7,939 nt of DNA from Salpingoeca rosetta (Eukaryota; Protista; Choanoflagellata), in the NCBI GenBank assembly GCA_033442325.1, contig JAWQFM010000027.1:394557-402495 (forward strand), given 5' to 3'. Position 1 is the stretch's first letter. Every line of letters begins with the position of its first letter. A model generated the notes under the pieces. It did not search any database, was not told where the DNA came from, and saw only the letters and a program-made list of their open reading frames with translations. Of this stretch, positions 6,658-7,939 are shown in pieces. Made by a program: the position numbers and the translations under genes.

Positions 6658-7748
6658 TGTGTGTGTGTGTGTCTGTGTGTCTGTGTGTCTGTGTGTATCT
6701 GTGTGTCTGTGTGTGTGTCTGTGTGTGTGCATGTGCGATCATGTGTAATCATGGCCATGGTGGTGCTGCGAGATGATTGATCCACTTACATGCTGGGAGC
6801 ATGGAATATGTGTCGCTGTTTGTTGGTTTCCTGTATAAAGCGGGGGAAAGGTACCATGTTCGTGAGGAAGAGCACACATGTGACCAAGCGATCCGGGCAA
6901 GCAAGCAGGCTGATTGTGCACACCACATTGAACAACACAAGCAGCAAGCGCACTCTCTTTTCGACCGTGACTCGTACACACGCACACACAAGCATGCACA
7001 CTCACACAAGCATGCACACTCACACAAACACTCTCACAAGCACAAACACAGTTCCCTGACACCCCCCCCCAACACACACACACGCGCGCGCGCAATCACA
7101 CGCACAAACTCACCAGATCAATCCGGCCTTTGTGTTGATGACGACAGGGTGGTGTCGCTGTTCATCTTCTTTCGCCTTGTTCTTGTTCTTGTTCTTGTTG
7201 TTCTTGCTCTCCTTTGCATTCATCGCCTTTGGCTTCTCCTCCTCCACCTCTTCTCCTTCCTCTCCTCCTGCCGTTCCATTGTCCTTTAACAATGACTCTC
7301 CTTTCTTCTCCTCCTTCTCCGCCTCCTCCGCTTCCTGTCTCCTCTGTCCCCTCCTCCTCGCAATCGATGACACCGTGCCCATGATGGCGATGCGACCGAC
7401 TGATGACGGAAGTTGAATGCAAAAGAAGTGTAAGTGCTTGCGGGGATATTTTCGCTTGACATTTCAGGTTCATATCTTGTGTCATCCACTCGCACTCATC
7501 ATACGCACTGACACACACACAGACACACTCGCACATACATTCACACGCACTGACACACACACTCACACATACACTCACACACACACATTCACACACACTC
7601 ACACACACACACACACTCACACAGACTCACACACACACACACATTCACGCACACATACACATACAAACTCACACTCACACACACACATGCCGCTCACCTT
7701 TGGGTTTTTACGAAGCTGACCGTAGTAGATCAGCAGGTACCCAACAAC
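6420..7748 (-). CDS. 3' end of an unidentified convergent protein-coding gene, predicted complement(join(6420..6529,6790..6830,7114..7436,7698..7748))
   Basis: Strong splice signals on the - strand (ttttacag|...|gtgag, tg|gtgagt, ctttatacag|...|gtaagt, gacag|) and phases that chain 0-0-2-1. Translation: VVGYLLIYYGQLRKNPK|HLHFFCIQLPSSVGRIAIMGTVSSIARRRGQ...E/K-rich...VVINTKAGLIW|KPTNSDTYSMLPA|CVEPAVPPDRLWPKLEDRSKWAQASGPTAPVIIPKQ*. The acceptor of the 7114 exon is uncertain (7436 or 7454). No family recognised. Confidence 0.65.
6549..6736. repeat. GT/GC alternating microsatellite (CA-rich on the transcribed - strand), intronic
   Basis: Includes (CG)5 at 6561-6570. Confidence 0.92.
7511..7687. 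repeat. Degenerate (CA)n microsatellite (GT-rich on the transcribed - strand), intronic
   Basis: CA/CT alternating tract. Confidence 0.92.
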
Positions 7749-7939
7749 CTGTAAAACGGGGGAAGGGAGGGGGTGGGATCAAAGAGAAAAAACAAGGAAG
7801 AAGGGGATAGTAAGGGGTGCTTCACATGCGAGCCACACTGCGAGCTGGTGTGTCGTGTGTGTTGTGAGAGTATTAGAGGAGGGGGGGGGTATGTGAGTGG
7901 GTAGTGGGGTGAGAGCTCGAGAGATGAGGAGAAAAAGAA

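Noticed and set aside
17-7719. Many short ORFs rich in CVCV or HTHT in the six-frame track
   Set aside because: They are translations of GT/CA microsatellites. Only the embedded segments that match exons are real.

Overview
Eukaryotic, intron-dense genomic DNA saturated with (GT)n/(CA)n microsatellites. This style, together with an SH2 domain, suggests a choanoflagellate such as Salpingoeca (inference). The + strand carries a 5'-truncated gene with at least 12 exons, join(145..212,386..439,685..779,970..1025,1166..1297,1484..1519,1694..1793,2020..2118,2425..2532,2735..2858,3093..3163,3478..5961). All introns are GT-AG and phase-consistent, giving about 1141 aa in the window. The protein is a tensin/PTEN-family phosphatase domain, a PTEN-type C2 domain, a ~600-aa low-complexity linker and a C-terminal SH2 domain, with no PTB domain. 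The phosphatase looks catalytically intact with a VSP-type P-loop (HCKGGKGR), and the SH2 is split by a ~88-aa low-complexity insert. The last four predicted exons of a convergent, unidentified - strand gene occupy 6420..7748. Almost all short ORFs in the six-frame track are microsatellite artefacts.
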